Translations under genes and position numbers: made by a program | In this document: piece after piece, positions 26,701-41,100 of the stretch | How the letters are laid out: each line of letters opens with the position of its first letter | How positions within the stretch are numbered: the stretch's first letter is position 1 | The notes under the pieces: model-generated | Told to the model about the DNA's origin: nothing | What the model saw: the letters and a program-made list of their open reading frames with translations, nothing else | Database searches by the model: none | Assembly (NCBI GenBank): GCA_964057225.1 | Contig: OZ059895.1 | Location: 10,726,001 to 10,790,000, forward strand | DNA: 64,000 nucleotides | Direction: 5' to 3' | From: Auanema rhodensis | Taxonomy: Eukaryota; Animalia; Nematoda

Positions 26701-29700
26701 TTCAAGCAGTCTTACTTAGGTAGCAAAACCCAAGGCAGCAAATTATCTTTAATCTTGATTCTATATTACAACTATGAACCAGTAGGTAATGAACCTCCAT
26801 GGCCGGTTAGTAGTTGGATCGGAGACGGCTGGGGAATCCCGGGTGGCGTAAGCTTTTCAAATTTTTTAACAATCATAACACGTTGAAAATACGCCATGTA
26901 GCTGATTTTTAATTTTATCTCTTCCGTAACAAATGTTTCCAATTTTCAAGCAGTTTTACTTAGATAGCTCAACCCAAGGCAGCAAATTATCTTTAGTCTT
27001 ATTTCTATATTACAGTTATGAACCAGTAGTTAATGAACCTTCATGGCCCGGTTAGTAGTTGGATCGGAGACGGCTTGAGAATCCCGGGTGGCGTATGCTT
27101 TTCAAATTTTTTTAACAATCATAACACGTTGAAAGTACGCCATGCAGCTGATTTTCAATTTTATCTCTTCCGTAATAAATGTTTTCAATTTTCAAGCAGT
27201 CTTACTTAGATAGCAAAACCCAAGGCAGCAAATTATCTTTAATCTTGATTCTATATTACAGCTATGAACCAGTAGGTAATGAACCTCCATGGCCGGTTAG
27301 TAGTTGGATCGGAGACGGCTTGGGAATCCCGGGTGGCGTAAGCTTTTCAAATTTTTTCAACAATCATAACACGTTGAAAGTACGCCATGCAGCTGATTTT
27401 CAATTTTATCTCTTCCGTAACAAACTTATTCAATTTTCAAGCAGTCTTACTTAGATAGCAAAACCCAAGGCAGCAAATTATCTTCAATCTTGATTCTTTA
27501 TTACAGCTATGAACCAGAAGTTAATGAACCTCCATGGCCGGTTAGTAGTTGGATCGGAGACGGCTTGGGATTCCCGGATGGCGTAAGCTTTTCAAATCTT
27601 TTCAACAATCATAACACGTTGAAAGTACGGCATGCAGCTGATTTTTAATTTTATCTCTTCCGTAACAAATGTTTCCAATTTTCAAGCAGTTTTACTTAGA
27701 TAGCTCAACCCAAGGCAGCAAATTATCTTTAATCTTATTTCTATATTACAGTTATGAACCAGTAGTTAATGAACCTTCATGGCCCGGTTAGTAGTTGGAT
27801 CGGAGACGGCTTGGGAATCCCGGGTGGCGTAAGCTTTTCAAATTTTTTTAACAATCATAACACGTTGAAAGTACGCCATGCAGCTGATTTTCAATTTTAT
27901 CTCTTTCGTAATAAATGTTTTCAATTTTCAAGCAGTCTTACTTAGATAGCAAAACCCAAGGCAGCAAATTATCTTTAAGCTTGATTCTATATTACAGCTA
28001 TGAACCTGTAGTTAATGAACCTGCCCGGTTAGTAGTTGGATCGGAGACGGCTTGGGAATCCCGGGTGGCGTAAGCTTTTCAAATTTTTTTAACAATCATA
28101 ACACGTTGAAAGTACGCCATTCAGCTGATTTTCAATTTTATCTCTTCCGTAATAAATGTTTTCAATTTTCAAGCAGTTTTACTTAGATAGCAAAACCCAA
28201 GGCAGCAAATTATCTTTAATCTTGATTCTATATTACAGCTATGAACCAGTAGTTAATGAACCTCCATGGCCGGTTAGTAGTTGGATCGGAGACGGCTTGG
28301 GAATCCCGGGTGGCGTAAGATTTTCAAATTTTTTTAACAATCATAACACGTTAAAAGTACGCCATGCAGCTGATTTTTAATTTTGTCTCTTCCGTAACAA
28401 ATTTATTCAATTTTCAAGCAGTTTTACTTAGATAGCTCAAACCACGGCAGCAAATTATCTTCAATCTTATTTCTATATTACAGTTATGAACCAGTAGTTA
28501 ATGAACCTTCATGGCCCGGTTAGTAGTTGGATCGGAGACGGCTTGGGAATCCCGGATGGCGTAAACTTTTCAAATTTTTTTAACAATCATAACACGTTGA
28601 AAGTACGCCATGCAGCTGATTTTTAATTTTGTCTCTTCCGTAACAAATTTATTCAATTTTCAAGCAGTTTTACTTAGATAGCTCAAACCACGGCAGCAAA
28701 TTATCTTCAATCTTATTTCTATATTACAGTTATGAACCAGTAGTTAATGAACCTTCATGGCCCGGTTAGTAGTTGGATCGGAGACGGCTTGAGAATCCCG
28801 GGTGGCGTATGCTTTTCAAATTTTTTTAACAATCATAACACGTTAAAAGTGCGCCATGCAGCTGATTTTCAATTTTATCTCTTCCGTAATAAATGTTTTC
28901 AATTTTCAAGCAGTCTTACTTAGATAGCAAAACCCAAGGCAGCAAATTATCTTTAATCTTGATTCTATATTACAACTATGAACCAGTAGGTAATGAACCT
29001 CCATGGCCGGTTAGTAGTTGGATCGGAGACGGCTGGGGAATCCCGGGTGGCGTAAGCTTTCCAAATTTTTTAACAATCATAACACGTTGAAAATACGCCA
29101 TGTAGCTGATTTTTAATTTTATCTCTTCCGTAACAAATGTTTCCAATTTTCAAGCAGTTTTACTTAGATAGCTCAACCCAAGGCAGCAAATTATCTTTAG
29201 TCTTATTTCTATATTACAGTTATGAACCAGTAGTTAATGAACCTTCATGGCCCGGTTAGTAGTTGGATCGGAGACGGCTTGAGAATCCCGGGTGGCGTAT
29301 GCTTTTCAAATTTTTTTAACAATCATAACACGTTGAAAGTACGCCATGCAGCTGATTTTCAATTTTATCTCTTCCGTAATAAATGTTTTCAATTTTCAAG
29401 CAGTCTTACTTAGATAGCAAAACCCAAGGCAGCAAATTATCTTTAATCTTGATTCTATATTACAGCTATGAACCAGTAGGTAATGAACCTCCATGGCCGG
29501 TTAGTAGTTGGATCGGAGACGGCTGGGGAATCCCGGGTGGCGTAAGCTTTTCAAATTTTTTTAACATTCATAACACGTTGAAAGTACGCCATGCAGCTGA
29601 TTTTTAATTTTATCTCTTCCGTAAGAAATGTTTCCAATTTTCAAGCAGTTTTACTTAGATAGCAAAACCCAAGGCAGCAAATTATCTTCAATCTTGATTC

Positions 29701-31864
29701 TATATTACAGCTATGAACCAGAAGTTAATGAACCTCCATGGCCCGGTTAGTAGTTGGATCGGAGACGGCTTGGGAATCCCGGATGGCGTAAGCTTTTCAA
29801 ATCTTTTCAACAATCATAACACGTTGAAAGTACGGCATGCAGCTGATTTTTAATTTTATCTCTTCCGTAACAAATGTTTCCAATTTTCAAGCAGTTTTAC
29901 TTAGATAGCTCAACCCAAGGCAGCAAATTATCTTTAATCTTATTTCTATATTACAGTTATGAACCAGTAGTTAATGAACCTCCATGGCCCGGTTAGTAGT
30001 TGGATCGGAGACGGCTTGGGAATCCCGGGTGGCGTAAGCTTTTCAAATTTTTTTAACAATCATAACACGTTGAAAGTACGCCATGCAGCTGATTTTCAAT
30101 TTTATCTCTTCCGTAATAAATGTTTTCAATTTTCAAGCAGTCTTACTTAGATAGCAAAACCCAAGGCAGCAAATTATCTTTAATCTTGATTCTATATTAC
30201 AACTATGAACCAGTAGGTAATGAACCTCCATGGCCGGTTAGTAGTTGGATCGGAGACGGCTGGGGAATCCCGGGTGGCGTAAGCTTTTCAAATTTTTTAA
30301 CAATCATAACACGTTGAAAATACGCCATGCAGCTGATTTTTAATTTTGTCTCTTCCGTAACAAATTTATTCAATTTTCAAGCAGTTTTACTTAGATAGCT
30401 CAAACCACGGCAGCAAATTATCTTCAATCTTATTTCTATATTACAGTTATGAACCAGTAGTTAATGAACCTTCATGGCCCGGTTAGTAGTTGGATCGGAG
30501 ACGGCTTGGGAATCCCGGATGGCGTAAACTTTTCAAATTTTTTTAACAATCATAACACGTTGAAAGTACGCCATGCAGCTGATTTTTAATTTTGTCTCTT
30601 CCGTAACAAATTTATTCAATTTTCAAGCAGTTTTACTTAGATAGCTCAAACCACGGCAGCAAATTATCTTCAATCTTATTTCTATATTACAGTTATGAAC
30701 CAGTAGTTAATGAACCTTCATGGCCCGGTTAGTAGTTGGATCGGAGACGGCTTGAGAATCCCGGGTGGCGTATGCTTTTCAAATTTTTTTAACAATCATA
30801 ACACGTTAAAAGTGCGCCATGCAGCTGATTTTCAATTTTATCTCTTCCGTAATAAATGTTTTCAATTTTCAAGCAGTCTTACTTAGATAGCAAAACCCAA
30901 GGCAGCAAATTATCTTTAATCTTGATTCTATATTACAACTATGAACCAGTAGGTAATGAACCTCCATGGCCGGTTAGTAGTTGGATCGGAGACGGCTGGG
31001 GAATCCCGGGTGGCGTAAGCTTTTCAAATTTTTTAACAATCATAACACGTTGAAAATACGCCATGTAGCTGATTTTTAATTTTATCTCTTCCGTAACAAA
31101 TGTTTCCAATTTTCAAGCAGTTTTACTTAGATAGCTCAACCCAAGGCAGCAAATTATCTTTAGTCTTATTTCTATATTACAGTTATGAACCAGTAGTTAA
31201 TGAACCTTCATGGCCCGGTTAGTAGTTGGATCGGAGACGGCTTGAGAATCCCGGGTGGCGTATGCTTTTCAAATTTTTTTAACAATCATAACACGTTGAA
31301 AGTACGCCATGCAGCTGATTTTCAATTTTATCTCTTCCGTAATAAATGTTTTCAATTTTCAAGCAGTCTTACTTAGATAGCAAAACCCAAGGCAGCAAAT
31401 TATCTTTAATCTTGATTCTATATTACAGCTATGAACCAGTAGGTAATGAACCTCCATGGCCGGTTAGTAGTTGGATCGGAGACGGCTGGGGAATCCCGGG
31501 TGGCGTAAGCTTTTCAAATTTTTTTAACATTCATAACACGTTGAAAGTACGCTATGCAGCTGATTTTTAATTTTATCTCTTCCGTAAGAAATGTTTCCAA
31601 TTTTCAAGCAGTTTTACTTAGATAGCTCAACCCAAGGCAGCAAATTATCTTTAATCTTATTTCTATATTACAGTTATGAACCAGTAGTTAATGAACCTTC
31701 ATGGCCCGGTTAGTAGTTGGATCGGAGACGGCTTGGGAATCCCGGGTGGCGTAAGCTTTTCAAATTTTTTTAACAATCATAACACGTTGAAAGTACGCCA
31801 TGCAGCTGATTTTCAATTTTATCTCTTCCGTAATAAATGTTTTCAATTTTCAAGCAGTCTTACT

Positions 31865-34800
31865 TAGATAGCAAAACCCAAGGCAGCAAATTATCTTTAA
31901 GCTTGATTCTATATTACACCTATGAACCTGTAGTTAATGAACCTTCATGGCCCGGTTAGTAGTTGGATCGGAGACGGCTTGGGAATCCCGGGTGGCGTAA
32001 GCTTTTCAAATTTTTTTAACAATCATAACACGTTGAAAGTACGCCATTCAGCTGATTTTCAATTTTATCTCTTCCGTAATAAATGTTTTCAATTTTCAAG
32101 CAGTTTTACTTAGATAGCAAAACCCAAGGCAGCAAATTATCTTTAATCTTGATTCTATATTACAGCTATGAACCAGTAGTTAATGAACCTCCATGGCCGG
32201 TTAGTAGTTGGATCGGAGACGGCTTGGGAATCCCGGGTGGCGTAAGCTTTTCAAATTTTTTTAACAATCATAACACGTTAAAAGTACGCCATGCAGCTGA
32301 TTTTTAATTTTTTCTCTTCCGTAACAAATTTATTCAATTTTCAAGCAGTTTTACTTAGATAGCTCAAACCACGGCAGCAAATTATCTTCAATCTTATTTC
32401 TATATTACAGTTATGAACCAGTAGTTAATGAACCTTCATGGCCCGGTTAGTAGTTGGATCGGAGACGGCTTGGGAATCCCGGGTGGCGTAAGCTTTTCAA
32501 ATTTTTTTAACAATCATAACACGTTGAAAGTACGCCATGCAGCTGATTTTCAATTTTATCTCTTCCGTAATAAATGTTTTCAATTTTCAAGCAGTCTTAC
32601 TTAGATAGCAAAACCCAAGGCAGCAAATTATCTTTAAGCTTGATTCTATATTACAGCTATGAACCAGTAGGTAATGAACCTCCATGGCCGGTTAGTAGTT
32701 GGATCGGAGACGGCTGGGGAATCCCGGGTGGCGTAAGCTTTTCAAATTTTTTTAACATTCATAACACGTTGAAAGTACGCCATGCAGCTGATTTTTAATT
32801 TTATCTCTTCCGTAAGAAATGTTTCCAATTTTCAAGCAGTTTTACTTAGATAGCTCAACCCAAGGCAGCAAATTATCTTTAATCTTATTCCTATATTACA
32901 GTTATGAACCAGTAGTTAATGAACCTTCATGGCCCGGTTAGTAGTTGGATCGGAGACGGCTTGGGAATCCCGGATGGCGTAAACTTTTCAAATTTTTTTA
33001 ACAATCATAACACGTTGAAAGTACGCCATGCAGCTGATTTTTAATTTTGTCTCTTCCGTAACAAATTTATTCAATTTTCAAGCAGTTTTACTTAGATAGC
33101 TCAAACCACGGCAGCAAATTATCTTCAATCTTATTTCTATATTACAGTTATGAACCAGTAGTTAATGAACCTTCATGGCCCGGTTAGTAGTTGGATCGGA
33201 AACGGCTTGAGAATCCCGGGTGGCGTATGCTTTTTAAATCTTTTCAACAATCATAACACGTTGAAAGTACGGCATGCAGCTGATTTTTAATTTTATCTTT
33301 TCCGTAACAAATGTTTCCAATTTTCAAGCAGTTTTACTTAGATAGCTCAACCCAAGGCAGCAAATTATCTTTAATCTTATTTCTATATTACAGTTATGAA
33401 CCAGTAGTTAATGAACCTTCATGGCCCGGTTAGTAGTTGGATCGGAGACGGCTTGGGAATCCCGGGTGGCGTAAGCTTTTCAAATTTTTTTAACAATCAT
33501 AACACGTTGAAAGTACGCCATGCAGCTGATTTTCAATTTTATCTCTTCCGTAATAAATGTTTTCAATTTTCAAGCAGTCTTACTTAGATAGCAAAACCCA
33601 AGGCAGCAAATTATCTTTAAGCTTGATTCTATATTACAGCTATGAACCTGTAGTTAATGAACCTTCATGGCCCGGTTAGTAGTTGGATCGGAGACGGCTT
33701 GGGAATCCCGGGTGGCGTAAGCTTTTCAAATTTTTTTAACAATCATAACACGTTAAAAGTACGCCATGCAGCTGATTTTTAATTTTTTCTCTTCCGTAAC
33801 AAATTTATTCAATTTTCAAGCAGTTTTACTTAGATAGCTCAAACCACGGCAGCAAATTATCTTCAATCTTATTTCTATATTACAGTTATGAACCAGTAGT
33901 TAATGAACCTTCATGGCCCGGTTAGTAGTTGGATCGGAGACGGCTTGGGAATCCCGGGTGGCGTAAGCTTTTCAAATTTTTTTAACAATCATAACACGTT
34001 GAAAGTACGCCATGCAGCTGATTTTCAATTTTATCTCTTCCGTAATAAATGTTTTCAATTTTCAAGCAGTCTTACTTAGATAGCAAAACCCAAGGCAGCA
34101 AATTATCTTTAAGCTTGATTCTATATTACAGCTATGAACCAGTAGGTAATGAACCTCCATGGCCGGTTAGTAGTTGGATCGGAGACGGCTGGGGAATCCC
34201 GGGTGGCGTAAGCTTTTCGAATTTTTTTAACATTCATAACACGTTGAAAGTACGCCATGCAGCTGATTTTTAATTTTATCTCTTCCGTAAGAAATGTTTC
34301 CAATTTTCAAGCAGTTTTACTTAGATAGCTCAACCCAAGGCAGCAAATTATCTTTAATCTTATTCCTATATTACAGTTATGAACCAGTAGTTAATGAACC
34401 TTCATGGCCCGGTTAGTAGTTGGATTGGAGACGGCTTGGGAATCCCGGGTGGCGTAAGCTTTTCAAATTTTTTCAACAATCATAACACGTTGAAAGTACG
34501 CCATGCAGCTGATTTTCAATTTTATCTCTTCCGTAATAAATGTTTTCAATTTTCAAGCAGTCTTACTTAGATAGCAAAACCCAAGGCAGCAAATTATCTT
34601 TAAGCTTGATTCTATATTACAGCTATGAACCTGTAGTTAATGAACCTTCATGGCCCGGTTAGTAGTTGGATCGGAGACGGCTTGGGAATCCCGGGTGGCG
34701 TAAGCTTTTCAAATTTTTTTAACAATCATAACACGTTGAAAGTACGCCATGCAGCTGATTTTCAATTTTATCTCTTCCGTAATAAATGTTTTCAATTTTC

Positions 34801-37485
34801 AAGCAGTTTTACTTAGATAGCAAAACCCAAGGCAGCAAATTATCTTTAAGCTTGATTCTATATTACAGCTATGAACCTGTAGTTAATGAACCTTCATGGC
34901 CCGGTTAGTAGTTGGATCGGAGACGGCTTGGGAATCCCGGGTGGCGTAAGCTTTTCAAATTTTTTTAACAATCATAACACGTTGAAAGTACGCCATTCAG
35001 CTGATTTTCAATTTTATCTCTTCCGTAATAAATGTTTTCAATTTTCAAGCAGTTTTACTTAGATAGCAAAACCCAAGGCAGCAAATTATCTTTAATCTTG
35101 ATTCTATATTACAGCTATGAACCAGTAGTTAATGAACCTCCATGGCCGGTTAGTAGTTGGATCGGAGACGGCTTGGGAATCCCGGGTGGCGTAAGCTTTT
35201 CAAATTTTTTTAACAATCATAACACGTTAAAAGTACGCCATGCAGCTGATTTTTAATTTTTTCTCTTCCGTAACAAATTTATTCAATTTTCAAGCAGTTT
35301 TACTTAGATAGCTCAAACCACGGCAGCAAATTATCTTCAATCTTATTTCTATATTACAGTTATGAACCAGTAGTTAATGAACCTTCATGGCCCGGTTAGT
35401 AGTTGGATCGGAGACGGCTTGGGAATCCCGGGTGGCGTAAGCTTTTCAAATTTTTTTAACAATCATAACACGTTGAAAGTACGCCATGCAGCTGATTTTC
35501 AATTTTATCTCTTCCGTAATAAATGTTTTCAATTTTCAAGCAGTCTTACTTAGATAGCAAAACCCAAGGCAGCAAATTATCTTTAAGCTTGATTCTATAT
35601 TACAGCTATGAACCAGTAGGTAATGAACCTCCATGGCCGGTTAGTAGTTGGATCGGAGACGGCTGGGGAATCCCGGGTGGCGTAAGCTTTTCAAATTTTT
35701 TTAACATTCATAACACGTTGAAAGTACGCCATGCAGCTGATTTTTAATTTTATCTCTTCCGTAAGAAATGTTTCCAATTTTCAAGCAGTTTTACTTAGAT
35801 AGCTCAACCCAAGGCAGCAAATTATCTTTAATCTTATTCCTATATTACAGTTATGAACCAGTAGTTAATGAACCTTCATGGCCCGGTTAGTAGTTGGATC
35901 GGAGACGGCTTGGGAATCCCGGATGGCGTAAACTTTTCAAATTTTTTTAACAATCATAACACGTTGAAAGTACGCCATGCAGCTGATTTTTAATTTTGTC
36001 TCTTCCGTAACAAATTTATTCAATTTTCAAGCAGTTTTACTTAGATAGCTCAAACCACGGCAGCAAATTATCTTCAATCTTATTTCTATATTACAGTTAT
36101 GAACCAGTAGTTAATGAACCTTCATGGCCCGGTTAGTAGTTGGATCGGAGACGGCTTGAGAATCCCGGGTGGCGTATGCTTTTTAAATCTTTTCAACAAT
36201 CATAACACGTTGAAAGTACGGCATGCAGCTGATTTTTAATTTTATCTTTTCCGTAACAAATGTTTCCAATTTTCAAGCAGTTTTACTTAGATAGCTCAAC
36301 CCAAGGCAGCAAATTATCTTTAATCTTATTTCTATATTACAGTTATGAACCAGTAGTTAATGAACCTTCATGGCCCGGTTAGTAGTTGGATCGGAGACGG
36401 CTTGGGAATCCCGGGTGGCGTAAGCTTTTCAAATTTTTTTAACAATCATAACACGTTGAAAGTACGCCATGCAGCTGATTTTCAATTTTATCTCTTCCGT
36501 AATAAATGTTTTCAATTTTCAAGCAGTCTTACTTAGATAGCAAAACCCAAGGCAGCAAATTATCTTTAAGCTTGATTCTATATTACAGCTATGAACCTGT
36601 AGTTAATGAACCTTCATGGCCCGGTTAGTAGTTGGATCGGAGACGGCTTGGGAATCCCGGGTGGCGTAAGCTTTTCAAATTTTTTTAACAATCATAACAC
36701 GTTAAAAGTACGCCATGCAGCTGATTTTTAATTTTTTCTCTTCCGTAACAAATTTATTCAATTTTCAAGCAGTTTTACTTAGATAGCTCAAACCACGGCA
36801 GCAAATTATCTTCAATCTTATTTCTATATTACAGTTATGAACCAGTAGTTAATGAACCTTCATGGCCCGGTTAGTAGTTGGATCGGAGACGGCTTGGGAA
36901 TCCCGGGTGGCGTAAGCTTTTCAAATTTTTTTAACAATCATAACACGTTGAAAGTACGCCATGCAGCTGATTTTCAATTTTATCTCTTCCGTAATAAATG
37001 TTTTCAATTTTCAAGCAGTCTTACTTAGATAGCAAAACCCAAGGCAGCAAATTATCTTTAAGCTTGATTCTATATTACAGCTATGAACCAGTAGGTAATG
37101 AACCTCCATGGCCGGTTAGTAGTTGGATCGGAGACGGCTGGGGAATCCCGGGTGGCGTAAGCTTTTCGAATTTTTTTAACATTCATAACACGTTGAAAGT
37201 ACGCCATGCAGCTGATTTTTAATTTTATCTCTTCCGTAAGAAATGTTTCCAATTTTCAAGCAGTTTTACTTAGATAGCTCAACCCAAGGCAGCAAATTAT
37301 CTTTAATCTTATTCCTATATTACAGTTATGAACCAGTAGTTAATGAACCTTCATGGCCCGGTTAGTAGTTGGATCGGAGACGGCTTGGGAATCCCGGGTG
37401 GCGTAAGCTTTTCAAATTTTTTCAACAATCATAACACGTTGAAAGTACGCCATGCAGCTGATTTTCAATTTTATCTCTTCCGTAA
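31865..37485 (+). repeat. 12-monomer tandem duplication (2949 bp period; second copy incomplete)
   Basis: ORF pairs 32083/35032, 32574/35523, 34049/36998 and 34121/37070. Private variants TTTTCGAA and GCTTTTTAAATC are duplicated. Confidence 0.9.
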
Positions 37486-38199
37486 CAAACTTATTCAATT
37501 TTCAAGCAGTCTTACTTAGATAGCAAAACCCAAGGCAGCAAATTATCTTCAATCTTGATTCTATATTACAGCTATGAACCAGAAGTTAATGAACCTCCAT
37601 GGCCGGTTAGTAGTTGGATCGGAGACGGCTTGGGAATCCCGGATGGCGTAAGCTTTTCAAATCTTTTCAACAATCATAACACGTTGAAAGTACGGCATGC
37701 AGCTGATTTTTAATTTTATCTCTTCCGTAACAAATGTTTCCAATTTTCAAGCAGTTTTACTTAGATAGCTCAACCCAAGGCAGCAAATTATCTTTAATCT
37801 TATTTCTATATTACAGTTATGAACCAGTAGTTAATGAACCTTCATGGCCCGGTTAGTAGTTGGATCGGAGACGGCTTGGGAATCCCGGGTGGCGTAAGCT
37901 TTTCAAATTTTTTTAACAATCATAACACGTTGAAAGTACGCCATGCAGCTGATTTTCAATTTTATCTCTTCCGTAATAAATGTTTTCAATTTTCAAGCAG
38001 TCTTACTTAGATAGCAAAACCCAAGGCAGCAAATTATCTTTAATCTTGATTCTATATTACAGCTATGAACCAGTAGTTAATGAACCTTCATGGCCCGGTT
38101 AGTAGTTGGATCGGAGACGGCTTGGGAATCCCGGGTGGCGTAAGCTTTTCAAATTTTTTTAACAATCATAACACGTTGAAAGTACGCCATTCAGCTGAT

Positions 38200-41100
38200 T
38201 TTCAATTTTATCTCTTCCGTAATAAATGTTTTCAATTTTCAAGCAGTTTTACTTAGATAGCAAAACCCAATTCAGCAAATTATCTTTAATCTTGATTCTA
38301 TATTACAGCTATGAACCAGTAGTTAATGAACCTCCATGGCCGGTTAGTAGTTGGATCGGAGACGGCTTGGGAATCCCGGGTGGCGTAAGCTTTTCAAATT
38401 TTTTTAACAATCATAACACGTTGAAAATACGCCATTCAGCTGATTTTCAATTTTATCTCTTCCGTAATAAATGTTTTCAATTTTCAAGCAGTTTTACTTA
38501 GATAGCTCAAACCACGGCAGCAAATTATCTTCAATCTTATTTCTATATTACAGTTATGAACCAGTAGTTAATGAACCTTCATGGCCCGGTTAGTAGTTGG
38601 ATCGGAGACGGCTTGGGAATCCCGGGTGGCGTAAGCTTTTCAAATTTTTTTAACAATCATAACACGTTAAAAGTACGCCATGCAGCTGATTTTTAATTTT
38701 GTCTCTTCCGTAACAAATTTATTCAATTTTCAAGCAGTTTTACTTAGATAGCTCAAACCACGGCAGCAAATTATCTTCAATCTTATTTCTATATTACAGT
38801 TATGAACCAGTAGTTAATGAACCTTCATGGCCCGGTTAGTAGTTGGATCGGAGACGGCTTTTGGAATCCCGGATGGCGTAAGCTTTTCAAATTTTTTTAA
38901 CAATCATAACACGTTGAAAGTACGCCATGCAGCTGATTTTCAATTTTATCTCTTCCGTAATAAATGTTTTCAATTTTCAAGCAGTCTTACTTAGATAGCA
39001 AAACCCAAGGCAGCAAATTATCTTTAATCTTGATTCTATATTACAGCTATGAACCAGTAGTTAATGAACCTTCATGGCCCGGTTAGTAGTTGGATCGGAG
39101 ACGGCTTGGGAATCCCGGGTGGCGTAAGCTTTTCAAATTTTTTTAACAATCATAACACGTTGAAAGTACGCCATTCAGCTGATTTTCAATTTTATCTCTT
39201 CCGTAATAAATGTTTTCAATTTTCAAGCAGTTTTACTTAGATAGCAAAACCCAAGGCAGCAAATTATCTTTAATCTTGATTCTATATTACAGCTATGAAC
39301 TAGTAGTTAATGAACCTCCATGGCCGGTTAGTAGTTGGATCGGAGACGGCTTGGGAATCCCGGGTGGCGTAAGCTTTTCAAATTTTTTTAACAATCATAA
39401 CACGTTAAAAGTACGCCATGCAGCTGATTTTTAATTTTGTCTCTTCCGTAACAAATTTATTCAATTTTCAAGCAGTTTTACTTAGATAGCTCAAACCACG
39501 GCAGCAAATTATCTTCAATCTTATTTCTATATTACAGTTATGAACCAGTAGTTAATGAACCTTCATGGCCCGGTTAGTAGTTGGATCGGAGACGGCTTTT
39601 GGAATCCCGGATGGCGTAAGCTTTTCAAATTTTTTTAACAATCATAACACGTTGAAAGTACGCCATGCAGCTGATTTTCAATTTTATCTCTTCCGTAATA
39701 AATGTTTTCAATTTTCAAGCAGTCTTACTTAGATAGCAAAACCCAAGGCAGCAAATTATCTTTAATCTTGATTCTATATTACAGCTATGAACCAGTAGTT
39801 AATGAACCTTCATGGCCCGGTTAGTAGTTGGATCGGAGACGGCTTGGGAATCCCGGGTGGCGTAAGCTTTTCAAATTTTTTTAACAATCATAACACGTTG
39901 AAAGTACGCCATTCAGCTGATTTTCAATTTTATCTCTTCCGTAATAAATGTTTTCAATTTTCAAGCAGTTTTACTTAGATAGCAAAACCCAAGGCAGCAA
40001 ATTATCTTTAATCTTGATTCTATATTACAGCTATGAACTAGTAGTTAATGAACCTCCATGGCCGGTTAGTAGTTGGATCGGAGACGGCTTGGGAATCCCG
40101 GGTGGCGTAAGCTTTTCAAATTTTTTTAACAATCATAACACGTTAAAAGTACGCCATGCAGCTGATTTTTAATTTTGTCTCTTCCGTAACAAATTTATTC
40201 AATTTTCAAGCAGTTTTACTTAGATAGCTCAAACCACGGCAGCAAATTATCTTCAATCTTATTTCTATATTACAGTTATGAACCAGTAGTTAATGAACCT
40301 TCATGGCCCGGTTAGTAGTTGGATCGGAGACGGCTTGGGAATCCCGGGTGGCGTAAGCTTTTCAAATTTTTTTAACAATCATAACACGTTAAAAGTACGC
40401 CATGCAGCTGATTTTTAATTTTGTCTCTTCCGTAACAAATTTATTCAATTTTCAAGCAGTTTTACTTAGATAGCTCAAACCACGGCAGCAAATTATCTTC
40501 AATCTTATTTCTATATTACAGTTATGAACCAGTAGTTAATGAACCTTCATGGCCCGGTTAGTAGTTGGATCGGAGACGGCTTTTGGAATCCCGGATGGCG
40601 TAAGCTTTTCAAATTTTTTTAACAATCATAACACGTTGAAAATACGCCATTCAGCTGATTTTCAATTTTATCTCTTCCGTAATAAATGTTTTCAATTTTC
40701 AAGCAGTCTTACTTAGATAGCAAAACCCAAGGCAGCAAATTATCTTTAATCTTGATTCTATATTACAGCTATGAACCAGTAGTTAATGAACCTTCATGGC
40801 CCGGTTAGTAGTTGGATCGGAGACGGCTTTTGGAATCCCGGATGGCGTAAGCTTTTCAAATTTTTTTAACAATCATAACACGTTGAAAATACGCCATTCA
40901 GCTGATTTTCAATTTTATCTCTTCCGTAATAAATGTTTTCAATTTTCAAGCAGTTTTACTTAGATAGCAAAACCCAAGGCAGCAAATTATCTTTAATCTT
41001 GATTCTATATTACAGCTATGAACTAGTAGTTAATGAACCTCCATGGCCGGTTAGTAGTTGGATCGGAGACGGCTTGGGAATCCCGGGTGGCGTAAGCTTT

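Noticed and set aside
34121-37252. Two minus-strand 60 aa ORFs
   Set aside because: They are created by a single SNP (TTTTCGAA) that removes a stop, and were copied by the 12-mer duplication.
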